The position numbers and the translations under genes are program-made. A stretch of DNA of 64,000 bases. Origin: Clostridia bacterium. Lineage in GTDB: Bacteria; Bacillota; Clostridia; UBA1212; DUPL01. How positions within the stretch are numbered: the stretch's first letter is position 1; each line of letters starts with the position of its first letter. Under the pieces are notes generated by a model. That model ran no database searches and had not been told where the DNA came from. It saw only the letters and a list, made by a program, of their open reading frames with translations. Below are positions 48,481 through 58,219 of this stretch, one piece after another. The stretch covers positions 192,001-256,000 of the forward strand of contig JBMNIW010000003.1 in the NCBI GenBank assembly GCA_050951325.1, read 5' to 3'.

Positions 48481-51400
48481 TTATACCATATTTTTCTTCC
48501 TTTTCATGTAGAATTTATAACTTATCGAAAACAATATGATAAGTATTAAGAAAACCCCACAGCATATTGCAGTAATCAGAACCGGATCCACCTTCTTTTT
48601 GAAATCTCCAACTTCTACGAAACACCGGTCAATAAACTCTCCATCCTCAGTCATGACTGTAACAACAGCAAAACCATAATCAAGCGCCGTAACAACCCCA
48701 TTATCAATGCTTGCCACCTCGGCATTGTCAACAGACCAAACAATATTCCTGCCTTCAATGCCCTCTGGATGGAATACTGCATTCAGCTTGAATACCTCAC
48801 CAATATTCATCTTCCTGAAGTTCTCATTCAGCACCATGTCTCTAATATCTCCGGATTTCATGGCAAGATAGCTTATCTCATCCACATCAAGCTCCCGTTC
48901 AAACAAGTAAACCTCATCAATTGCACCACCAAACGGTAATGAAGCATCCGCCAACGCTCCAATAGCCAAATCTCCATCCACATCCTTGAACCTTCCAACA
49001 GCGGTGGTGGATGCCAGCTCACCATTTACATATGTCATTATCCTGCTCTGATTGATTATAAAGGCAAAGTGGTTCCAGGTATCCACCATGGATGACATGT
49101 TTACCTTCAACGCCAGATCTCCCACATCCGGTGAGAATACAAGCAGATTTCCGTCTTTTGAATAAATCTCAAAATGTCCCGCTTCCTTTGGACCTTTGGC
49201 AATAATTACGCCAAATCCGCTCAAATCCGAAGGCTTGAGCCACATGGATATGGTAGCACCATCCGACACATAAAAGTCGGACATTCCCACGTAAACATTA
49301 CCAAGCTTGTCAAAATCAAGAGCACTGCCTGATACGCCTTCTGTCCATTCGGCTTTTGCAATAACACCCGGCTCTTCATATTTTCCACTCAAGTCATGAA
49401 CGCAATCTCCTTTCCCTTCATCAAAGCTCCAATATCCAGCAAGGCTTTCATGCAAATAGAATTTCCTTCTTGCTGCCTGATTCCCAGTATATGTGTTGTC
49501 TCTTGCACCCAAAACCAGCAGACTGTATCTCTTATTACTTTCAAAATCCATATCCGAGGTTTTAATTGTAACAGTCCGCAAATCCTCCGCAAGACTTATG
49601 GAATTAATCTGAACATCAAAATTAAATGCGTAGTTTATCTTATCTTCAGCACTTTCCTTGTTCATATCCTTGTTGTATCTAACAACCACTGTATTTCTGT
49701 CCACAACCTTTACAGAAACAGCATACGGTCTTTCTGTATCAGGCTTTGTAGTTACAGTAATCTTTTTTGAAGCCTTGGACTCATTCATGTTGTAATCTAC
49801 CGCCACCACATAAAATGTATACTCGGTGTTTTCGTCAAGTCCTGTTACTGTATACGTTAGGTAATCGGAACCAACAAAATCCACAAGCACATCATTCATA
49901 TAAATATAATAGCCCATGACTTTCTTGTCATCCTTTGCACTCCTCCAACTAAGGGTTACGGAACTGGATGTTGATTTTGCTTCCAGCTTGGGAACCTGTC
50001 CCGGAGCTTTCTTGTCATCCGCATCTGATAGATTGAAGGCATCAAATCCATCAACCCCGTCAGTCATATTGACTTCAATGGTTTTGGATTCACCCGGTTC
50101 AAGCCAGAAATAGTTGTCTTCACACCAGAATACATCCGACACCTTTGAGTTTTTAAAATTGACAGACACTGCAGGCACGTTTCCAGTATTCTTTACAGTA
50201 AAACGGTTTCCTGACACGCTATACTCAAGAGTTGTTCTTGGCAGTGTGAAAAGACTCCCCTTAATCCTGTCAAAATTCATGAATGTGTAGCTTCTTATGG
50301 GCTCATCACCATCTTTGACAAGGTCAATCACTATAAACAACGGAGATGAATCCGCCTCCTTTTCAGTTAAATAGAAGTCCCCAATATGCTTGTTGGTTCC
50401 TACTCCTCCACTGCCACTAAACTCCTCGCTCTTAACGACATTCAGGAATTTATCATATGCTTTTACAATAACCTTCCACGATGAATTCTTTAAATCCCCA
50501 TTGTCATCCAAAATATATATTGGAAGATTAAAATCTTTTTGCTGCTTGTCATATGTATTGTATCTGTCAAAATGCCCCGTTGCCATTAAAGTTCTATTGG
50601 CATCCTGGACAAAATAGTGGGCGATTTTGGGAACTCCATACCAGTCAACTGTACTCCAGCTTGCGCCAGGGAATACGTCATTAAGCTTGTAATATGCAAT
50701 TTTCGTAACGTTTGGGAAGTTGATTCTTGCATTCTGTATCGGCAGATATGTTGCCATGGTCTGGGCTAGCTGCGTGCCGATAACAAGGTCCTTTAAAGAC
50801 TTAACATTAAGAAAATAACTTGCATAATGCATGAGGGTATCCACATCATGACCGTGGGGCGACTCGTTCCATCCCAAATTACCATTGAAAGTGGCGGTAT
50901 GATGAGCTATTGTTCCTTCAGGATCTATTGGCCATTTTTCCATTTCCTCCTTGGTGGCATACCTGGCAATGGACTCTAGATTCATCATCGAATCAAGTCC
51001 GTACTCATGCAGATTAAGATAAAGCCTGTTGGCATACGCTGTAATGTAGTGTTCAGGAGACTGTCCGCCCCAGTGGATATGGTCATGACCCATGCCCGCT
51101 CCTCCAGGACCTCCATCCTGACGGTAGAAGGTACGGGTTCCGTCATATTCATATGTAAGTTTTCCAATATTGTTGAGCGTCACGCTTTCAAAAGCACCAG
51201 CACCTTCATTTCCACCGCCATAAATAATCAAAGACGGACGGTTCCTAATCCTCTTTGTATTTAGTATAACGGTCTCATAAAACACATTGGCAGGCTGTGA
51301 ATCATGACTGTCCCAGCAGCTGGGCCATTCCTGATAAACGGTAATTCCATATTCATCACACAAATCATAAAAATCATCCGTCTCAGGCATTCCTCCACCC

Positions 51401-52617
51401 CAGGCTCTCAAGAAGTTAAGACCCTGCTCCTTTGCCCTTCTTAATATCCTGTCATAATCCTCCCTTGTAAACCGCATAAGAGCATCGATTGTACACCAGC
51501 CAGCACCTTTCATAAACAGCTTCCTTCCGTTTATGACCACGGTCCTGTTGTACATGCTTTCCGTTTCACCCGTCGGGAAAGGATCAAGTACAAGCTCTCT
51601 AATGCCAAAAGAAGTTTTGGAATATGTAACCTCTCCCGAATCTGATTTGAAAGACAACTCCAGTGTATATAAGTTCTGCTCCCCATAACCATTAGGCCAC
51701 CAGAGTTTGAATTCTGGCATGTCAAATCTCAATCTAACATTGGCATCCTTGCCCTTTTCACCATTTATATTGTATGTAAAAGAGAAGGTTTTCCCTTGGA
51801 AATTCTTTGGTTTTATGGTGCCTGTCAACACACCTTTCATTGAAGCATCCTTATCCACCGCTCTTAGATCGATGCTAAGATCCATTGTTCCTTTTTTGTA
51901 CGAATAAGTGGCTATGAATGGAGAATCGAATTCAACATCGGGCAAATCCGAAATTTCAACAGAGTTCCAAATACCCATCGGAGGTATTATCGAATAATGC
52001 CATCCGTAAGAACAGTTGAACACAACTGTCTGTTGCCATGGCAGGACCGGCTTCAATACAACTGCAAGTTCATTTTGTCCAATTTTTATGCTGTCTGTAA
52101 CATCAACCTTTGGTCCTCCAAACATTCCCTGATGGCTTGAAATCCTCTTGCCATTCAGATATACGTCACATCTGTCTGCAACCCCATGAAAATACAGTTC
52201 CACATTCTTTTTTGATCCGCTATAACTAAACGTCTTTTTTAAATACCAGGTCTTTTCCGTCTGAGCTTTGGCAGCAAAGTCATTCTTTCCCATATACGGA
52301 TCCTTTATAACTCCCGCCTGATGCAGACCATGCAAAATGCTGCCTGGAACATTTACCTTGTACGCATTGTCCCATTTATCCATACCCTTGTCAGTAAGAA
52401 GCCACTCTCCATCCAAAAGGATGCTCTTTGCCTGAACTCTTGAAACCAAGTCCCCTTCCTTCAATGTAACGATATCAGGCTTCTTGTCCATAGGAGATGG
52501 CCCAGGTTTCAAATACAAATCCTTTTCCCTGTCTGCAAGACTTCTTGCAGACACCTGTCCGTACATAGATGCCGTCAACAATGCAAAACAAAGCACCAAC
52601 ACCACAAGCCTTACCAT
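48481..52617 (-). CDS. Membrane-anchored multidomain GH2 (beta-mannosidase-like) with FN3, Ig-like, LamG and Big_2 domains
   Basis: LWWPNGYGEQNLY, FLRAWGGG, FYDLCDEYGI, GGGNE. FN3 motif VTGLDENTEYTFYVVAVD, LamG motif GAIDEVYLF, Big_2 motif WSVDNAEVASID. C-terminal TM and basic tail. Confidence 0.85.
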   Translation of the reverse strand: MVRLVVLVLCFALLTASMYGQVSARSLADREKDLYLKPGPSPMDKKPDIVTLKEGDLVSRVQAKSILLDGEWLLTDKGMDKWDNAYKVNVPGSILHGLHQAGVIKDPYMGKNDFAAKAQTEKTWYLKKTFSYSGSKKNVELYFHGVADRCDVYLNGKRISSHQGMFGGPKVDVTDSIKIGQNELAVVLKPVLPWQQTVVFNCSYGWHYSIIPPMGIWNSVEISDLPDVEFDSPFIATYSYKKGTMDLSIDLRAVDKDASMKGVLTGTIKPKNFQGKTFSFTYNINGEKGKDANVRLRFDMPEFKLWWPNGYGEQNLYTLELSFKSDSGEVTYSKTSFGIRELVLDPFPTGETESMYNRTVVINGRKLFMKGAGWCTIDALMRFTREDYDRILRRAKEQGLNFLRAWGGGMPETDDFYDLCDEYGITVYQEWPSCWDSHDSQPANVFYETVILNTKRIRNRPSLIIYGGGNEGAGAFESVTLNNIGKLTYEYDGTRTFYRQDGGPGGAGMGHDHIHWGGQSPEHYITAYANRLYLNLHEYGLDSMMNLESIARYATKEEMEKWPIDPEGTIAHHTATFNGNLGWNESPHGHDVDTLMHYASYFLNVKSLKDLVIGTQLAQTMATYLPIQNARINFPNVTKIAYYKLNDVFPGASWSTVDWYGVPKIAHYFVQDANRTLMATGHFDRYNTYDKQQKDFNLPIYILDDNGDLKNSSWKVIVKAYDKFLNVVKSEEFSGSGGVGTNKHIGDFYLTEKEADSSPLFIVIDLVKDGDEPIRSYTFMNFDRIKGSLFTLPRTTLEYSVSGNRFTVKNTGNVPAVSVNFKNSKVSDVFWCEDNYFWLEPGESKTIEVNMTDGVDGFDAFNLSDADDKKAPGQVPKLEAKSTSSSVTLSWRSAKDDKKVMGYYIYMNDVLVDFVGSDYLTYTVTGLDENTEYTFYVVAVDYNMNESKASKKITVTTKPDTERPYAVSVKVVDRNTVVVRYNKDMNKESAEDKINYAFNFDVQINSISLAEDLRTVTIKTSDMDFESNKRYSLLVLGARDNTYTGNQAARRKFYLHESLAGYWSFDEGKGDCVHDLSGKYEEPGVIAKAEWTEGVSGSALDFDKLGNVYVGMSDFYVSDGATISMWLKPSDLSGFGVIIAKGPKEAGHFEIYSKDGNLLVFSPDVGDLALKVNMSSMVDTWNHFAFIINQSRIMTYVNGELASTTAVGRFKDVDGDLAIGALADASLPFGGAIDEVYLFERELDVDEISYLAMKSGDIRDMVLNENFRKMNIGEVFKLNAVFHPEGIEGRNIVWSVDNAEVASIDNGVVTALDYGFAVVTVMTEDGEFIDRCFVEVGDFKKKVDPVLITAICCGVFLILIILFSISYKFYMKRKKNMV

Positions 52618-52650
52618 ATCTTTATCCTCCTTAATATCTGTGAAAGGTTT

Positions 52651-53616
52651 TCATTTCTTCTTCCTGCTTCCAAGGGTCAGAAACAGAACAACACCCGCAA
52701 TAACAACCGTTCCTCCAATAATTACTGGTACCAAATATGTATTGTCCTTGTCCTTTTTGGGAGATTGGGTTTTTGCTGTGGATGTGGCTTTGGGAACCTC
52801 TGTCTCCTCAGCAGTAGTTGTAGGCTCAGGAGTTGATTCGGGAGATGGTATAACATCAGGTCTTGGAGTCTCGCCTTCGGGATATGTCTCCTTAATCATG
52901 TCCATTATGGTTTTTGAGCCTTCTTCAGGATTGTCATGCAAAAGAGCTATTAAGTCAGCATCAAAAGCGTAATTTGCCAGTATGGCCTCATCTATCTTTC
53001 CAAACAGCTTTAGATCGCCTTCAACCAGGGCACCAAAGGCAATCACGCTGTTTCCTACAGACGACACAAGTCCAATATCATACTCCTTGGAGTATGCTTC
53101 CTTGCCGTTCAAATACAATTTCTGATACCTGCCATCAAAGGTTGCTGCAATATGAAGCCATTGGCCAACCTCAAGCAGCGGCTCTTCCACCTCTATCGCT
53201 TCACCTAAGTCAAAGGAGTATACCTTGAGCTGCCATTTGTCTTCGATAGCCATGAAGAATATCTCAAAATGCCCAGGCACTTTAGTATCCTTTGCCATGA
53301 CTATTTGATATGGGGGTGAACCGGGCACATCCTCATCAAGATAAACCCAGGCTGCCATTGTAAAACGCTCAAAATCACAGTTGATAACATCCGTTCTTAT
53401 GTCAGCAGCACCATCTGTAACATCAAGGGCTTTTCCAACTTTGCCATCAGAATAATCATAATCATCATAATAATTGACATCCAGTCTTTCTTTTGAGTAC
53501 TCCCTTCCGTGTCCATTGAAACTCCAATAATATATCTTGTTCCCATACTCTTCGGAAGAAACGGAAATCATGGACATTAAAAAAACAAGAGCAAGTATAA
53601 GTAGAAATCTTTTCAT
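52651..53616 (-). CDS. LamG-like domain surface protein with P/T linker and C-terminal TM
   Basis: Signal peptide, GKVGKAL, FTMAAWV, WLHIAATFDG, LYLNG, GKIDE. Confidence 0.85.
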   Translation of the reverse strand: MKRFLLILALVFLMSMISVSSEEYGNKIYYWSFNGHGREYSKERLDVNYYDDYDYSDGKVGKALDVTDGAADIRTDVINCDFERFTMAAWVYLDEDVPGSPPYQIVMAKDTKVPGHFEIFFMAIEDKWQLKVYSFDLGEAIEVEEPLLEVGQWLHIAATFDGRYQKLYLNGKEAYSKEYDIGLVSSVGNSVIAFGALVEGDLKLFGKIDEAILANYAFDADLIALLHDNPEEGSKTIMDMIKETYPEGETPRPDVIPSPESTPEPTTTAEETEVPKATSTAKTQSPKKDKDNTYLVPVIIGGTVVIAGVVLFLTLGSRKKK

Positions 53617-54407
53617 GCTGTCACTCTCCTCCTTTTGAATAAAACTACCGAGCATGCAATTGTAGCGCTTGCCATAACTAAAGACACCAGCGACAATCCG
53701 GTCTCAGGTTGAGGTTCAGGTTCTGTCTCAACTCCTGCAAGACTCTTTATGTCGTTTTCATTCAAGGCTTTGTTGTATACTCTAAGATCACTTATGAAGC
53801 CTTCAAATCCAAACATCTGCTCAACCAAAAGGCCAAGCATTACAGCTTCTCCAACACCATCTGCAACAGAGCCTTGTATCTCAATGGTTTTCATGTTTTC
53901 CCCGTCAACATAAAAGTTTGCAATTTGTCCATCAAATATTATTGCAATATGATGTAGCTCGTTATCATGGATATGTATGCCGGATTTCAAGTCTCCCAGA
54001 CTTGGAGCAAATAAGTTCAAATACCCGCTTTCAAGATACACTTCAAAATGACACTCTTCATCTTTTCTGCCTTTAGCAAAAAGAATCTCATAACCTTCAA
54101 AAGGAGCACTCTTTACATACATAGCTATGGTAAAGTTTGAACCTATGTTAACGTCCCAGTTATGCCTGTAAATGACCGCTCCTCTTGTTATAGAAATTCC
54201 TTTATGACCGTCTACTGTTTCAAAGGCCACACCTGCATCAGGTAGTATAAAATCCCCCGCACCTTCCACACTGTTGGTGCCGTCAGACTCCAGCTTCCAA
54301 TGCGAAATCAATCCTTTGTCAGCAGCATCAACAGCCAGTGTCAGCGACATGGTTACAAGAATAATTAAACCAAGTGAAAGCAACTTCTTAAAAGAATATC
54401 CGAACAG
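53613..54407 (-). CDS. LamG-like domain surface protein with sortase-like QPETG signal
   Basis: LISHWKL, HHIAIIFDG, FYVDG, GFISDLRVYNKAL, QPETG-TM-KRRR. Start is uncertain (CTG 54407 after AAGGAGG). Confidence 0.75.
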   Translation of the reverse strand: MFGYSFKKLLSLGLIILVTMSLTLAVDAADKGLISHWKLESDGTNSVEGAGDFILPDAGVAFETVDGHKGISITRGAVIYRHNWDVNIGSNFTIAMYVKSAPFEGYEILFAKGRKDEECHFEVYLESGYLNLFAPSLGDLKSGIHIHDNELHHIAIIFDGQIANFYVDGENMKTIEIQGSVADGVGEAVMLGLLVEQMFGFEGFISDLRVYNKALNENDIKSLAGVETEPEPQPETGLSLVSLVMASATIACSVVLFKRRRVTA

Positions 54408-54509
54408 GGCTATACCTCCTTGAAATCTCTTATGCTTTATATTTCCTCTCCTTTCAGTTAAACCTATTTTTATATATATGAGAGTAATTGTCAATACCTT
54501 CTAAGCAAC

Positions 54510-54546
54510 AAAAAAACTCCTCATACCGTACGGCATGAGGAGTTTT
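54510..54546 (-). terminator. Intrinsic terminator after adhE
   Basis: AAAACTCCTCAT...ATGAGGAGTTTT with T-run. Confidence 0.8.
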
Positions 54547-54560
54547 CACATTCAGTTTGC

Positions 54561-57151
54561 TTATTCACCATAGTAAGCGTTCAGGTACATTTGACGCATC
54601 TCGCTCATAAGGGGGTATCTTGGATTTGCGCCCGTGCACTGGTCATCAAAGGCCTGTTCCACCATGTCATCAAGTTTTGCAAGGAATTCCGATTCATCTA
54701 TTCCATAATCCCTGATCGTCTTCTTGATGCCTACCTTTTCCTTCAAATCATCTATCGCCTTAAGGAGATTCTCAAACTTTTCATCATCATTCTTTCCTTT
54801 TATACCAACGAAGTTTGCAATCTCAACGTATCTGTCTTTTGCATGTGGATATGCATACTGCGGGAATGTACCCATCTTGACAGGTTTCTCAACGCTGTTG
54901 AATTTTATAACTTCCTTAATCATGAGTGCATTTGCAACACCATGAGGCAGGTGGAAGAACGCACCAAGTTTATGTGCCATTGAGTGGCAGATTCCGAGGA
55001 ATGCGTTTGCAAAAGCCATGCCGGCTATTGTTGATGCATTAGCCATCTTCTCCCTGGCCTCCACATCCTTGCTGCCATTTTCATAAGCTCTTGGCAGGTA
55101 ATCGAATATGAGCTTTATGGCGGTGAGTGCCAGTCCGTTCGTGTAGTCGGTTGCCAACATGGATGCATATGCCTCAAGGCTGTGAGTCAATGCATCTATA
55201 CCCGATGCAGCGGTCAACCCTTTTGGCATCGACATCATCAGGTCTACATCGATGATTGCCATGTCAGGCAGCAGTTCGTAGTCTGCAAGAGGATACTTGA
55301 TGCTGGTCTTTTCGTCGGTTATAACAGCGAAAGGAGTAACTTCCGAACCAGTACCAGCGGTGGTTGGAATTGCAATGAAGTATGCCTTCTCTCCCATCTT
55401 GGGGAAAGTGTAAACCCTCTTTCTGATATCCATGAACACCATCGCCATGTCATGGAAGTCAACATCCGGATGCTCATAGAGAACCCACATGATTTTCGCA
55501 GCATCCATTGCAGAACCTCCACCTATTGCAATAATGCAGTCAGGTTCGAAGGAACGCATTGCAGCAGTACCCTTTAACGCATTCTCAAGAGTCGGATCAG
55601 GCTGCACATCATAGAAGGTTGTATGATTTATACCCATCTCGTCAAGTTTGTCGGTAACTACCTTTGTATAGCCATTCTTGTACAGGAAACCGTCCGTAAC
55701 TATGAACACTCTCTTCTTGTTCAAAACTTCCTTGAGTTCCATCAAGGCGACAGGCAGGCAACCTTTCTTGAAATAAACCTTTTCAGGGGTCCTGAACCAA
55801 AGCATATTCTCTCTCCTTTTTGCAACAGTCTTAATGTTAATCAAGATGCTTTACTCCGACGTTTTCGGATACGGAGTTACCTCCCCATGAACCACAGCCC
55901 AAGTGTAAGGGATGGAGCAAGCTTGAAGTTGTAAAGGTCACCTATTCCACCATGGGAGGATGGAGTGTTGACAAGTATTCTGCAGGTTTTCATTCTGCGT
56001 GCAAAATTCTCAAGCTTTTCTTTTTCAGCAGCTTCATTCAGGTATATTGAAGCGGTGTGGCCAAGTCCTCCGTCTTTAACCAGCACACTGGCCTTGTCAA
56101 GAGCATCCTCGAAGTTTTCAGCTCTGTACATTGCAAGTACCGGTGACAGCTTCTCGTAAGCAAATTCTTCATTCAAGGATACATCGGTAACTTCACCTAT
56201 CAGTATCTTTGCATCAGCAGGTACTTCGATTCCTGAAAGTTCTCCAATCTTGTGAGCGGACTGGCCAACTATTTTGGCATTCAAGGAACCATTTATAATT
56301 ATAGTCTTTCTAACCTTGTCAATCTCATTATCGCCAAGGATGTAGCATCCTCTTTTTGCAAACTCCTCTTTTACTTTGTCATAAATACTGTCAAGAACAA
56401 TAACCGACTGCTCGGATGCGCAAATCATTCCATTGTCAAAAGTCTTGGAATGTATAATTGAGTTGACTGCAAGAACCAAATCTGCAGAATCGTCAATTAT
56501 TGCAGGAACGTTTCCTGGGCCAACACCTATAGCAGGTTTACCTGAGGAATATGCCGCCTTGACCATGCCGGGACCACCTGTTGCAAGGATAAGGTCGCAG
56601 TTGGCCATTATGTAGTTTGTCATTTCCAGTGATGGAACGTCTATCCATGCAATAATGTCTTCAGGAGCACCTGCCTTCACTGCAGCTTCGTATACGATTT
56701 TAGCAGCCTCGATTGTGCATTTCTTCGCTCTTGGATGAGGACTGATAATTATGCCATTTCTAGTCTTCAATGCAATTAAAGCTTTGAATATTGCAGTTGA
56801 TGTAGGATTGGTGGTTGGTATTACTGCCGCAAGTACTCCTACCGGTTCTGCAATTTGCACAATACCAAAAGATTCATCCTCTTGGATTACTCCACAAGTC
56901 TTTACATGTTTGTATGCATTGTATATATATTCGGAGGCATAGTGGTTTTTAATAACTTTGTCTTCCACAACGCCCATTCCGGTTTCTTCAACAGCCATCT
57001 TTGCAAGAGGTATTCTTTTCTTGTTTGCAGCCATTGCCGCTTCATAGAAAATTCTGTCTACCTGCTCTTGCGTAAACCCAGCAAACTTTTCTTGTGCTTC
57101 TTTTACTTTCGCCAGCTTTTCAGTTAAAGCTTCTATGCTGTTAATAATCAT
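54561..57151 (-). pseudogene. adhE: Bifunctional acetaldehyde-CoA/alcohol dehydrogenase interrupted by two +1 insertions (sequencing error or pseudogene)
   Basis: ALDH half (PTTNPTST, DNGMICASEQ) and Fe-ADH half (GGGSAMD, GICHSMAH). The linker GCGSWGGNSVSENVGVKHL is present in a third frame. Confidence 0.9.
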
Positions 57152-57197
57152 AATCTTTTTCCTCCTTGTCACTTGTAAATAAATAACAATCCAAACT

Positions 57198-57303
57198 TTG
57201 TTATTTATTTAACAATATTATATGTTCTGCCTATACAGGTGTCAATACAAGATTGTTAAGAATTTATCATTCTTGTATGTCCTATTTGTTAATCTTTTAA
57301 CAA
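57198..57303 (-). promoter_or_regulatory. adhE sigma-A promoter with three Rex boxes
   Basis: TTGACA(57245)-17-TATAAT(57222). Boxes TTGTTATTTATTTAACAA 57198-57215, TTGTTAAGAATTTATCAT 57253-57270, TTGTTAATCTTTTAACAA 57286-57303. Confidence 0.85.
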
Positions 57304-57365
57304 TGTCGTTTTTATATAAAACTGTTTAATTTGATTAACAAAACTTGCACTTCCTCCACTATAGC

Positions 57366-57391
57366 AAAAAACCCGCCAAAATTGGCGGGTT
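57366..57391 (-). terminator. Intrinsic terminator after phosphotransferase-fold gene
   Basis: AACCCGCCAA-AA-TTGGCGGGTT with T-run on the minus strand. Confidence 0.8.
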
Positions 57392-57405
57392 CTCAATATT
57401 TCCAT

Positions 57406-58134
57406 TTAATAATATTCAACAACATTAATAAGGTCATGGAACTTGTCCTTCTTGCCATGCATGCTTGCTGCTACAATTGGCAGCCATTTCTGAACATAGG
57501 CTTTTGGAGTGCAGGTGAATTCACAGAATTTGCTTAAGTAAAGTTCCGCCAGTTCTTCATTCTCCATTCTAAGAATTAAATAAGTGTTTGCCACATCCGC
57601 ACTTGCATTACCCAGAAGCGCATTCTCCCACTCCAGAATAAATACTTCCTTTTCATTCTTTATTACATTGTTAAAATTGTAGTTCATGTGACAAAGTTTT
57701 GTGTGTTTTGGCATTCCCTCAAGACGTGCCAATAATTCATATTTATTGACATCGTCAAGCTCGGGGTTTGAATTTATAAGGGAAGACAGCTTTTCATAAA
57801 GACTGTCAAGACCCTCAACTCTTGCAACATGAATTTCAATCTGAATATCCACAAACTCTTCCACAAGTTCCTCTTTTTTATCTGGATTAAGAAAAATAAG
57901 GTCGTTGTATGTTTGTCCTTCGACATAATCCATAATTAAAGCCCATCTGCCGTCTATCAATGAGATTTCACGCAGTTCAGGAACATTTATTTTGGCTTCC
58001 TCAACAATGGTGTGATTCAACGCCTCACCAAGTACCCTTCTTTTTGGCACATGTTCCTTGAAGAGTTTTACAACCCTTCCGTTTTCTACATAAACATCAG
58101 CAATCTTGCTTCTACTTGCACAATCCATAGCCAT
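57406..58134 (-). CDS. Aminoglycoside phosphotransferase-fold protein with altered catalytic motifs
   Basis: VVKLF, EALNH, MDYVEG, LCHMNY..NNVI, ILEW, ADVANTY. Confidence 0.8.
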   Translation of the reverse strand: MAMDCASRSKIADVYVENGRVVKLFKEHVPKRRVLGEALNHTIVEEAKINVPELREISLIDGRWALIMDYVEGQTYNDLIFLNPDKKEELVEEFVDIQIEIHVARVEGLDSLYEKLSSLINSNPELDDVNKYELLARLEGMPKHTKLCHMNYNFNNVIKNEKEVFILEWENALLGNASADVANTYLILRMENEELAELYLSKFCEFTCTPKAYVQKWLPIVAASMHGKKDKFHDLINVVEYY

Positions 58135-58219
58135 CTTCCTTTCCGATTATCTCTACTATATTATACCATACAAAATTCTTCGTTCCAACAATAAAAAAAG
58201 AGCACACATCCACGTGCTC

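Noticed and set aside
57406-58134. Aminoglycoside resistance gene
   Set aside because: Shares only the fold; catalytic aspartates are missing and the context is fermentative
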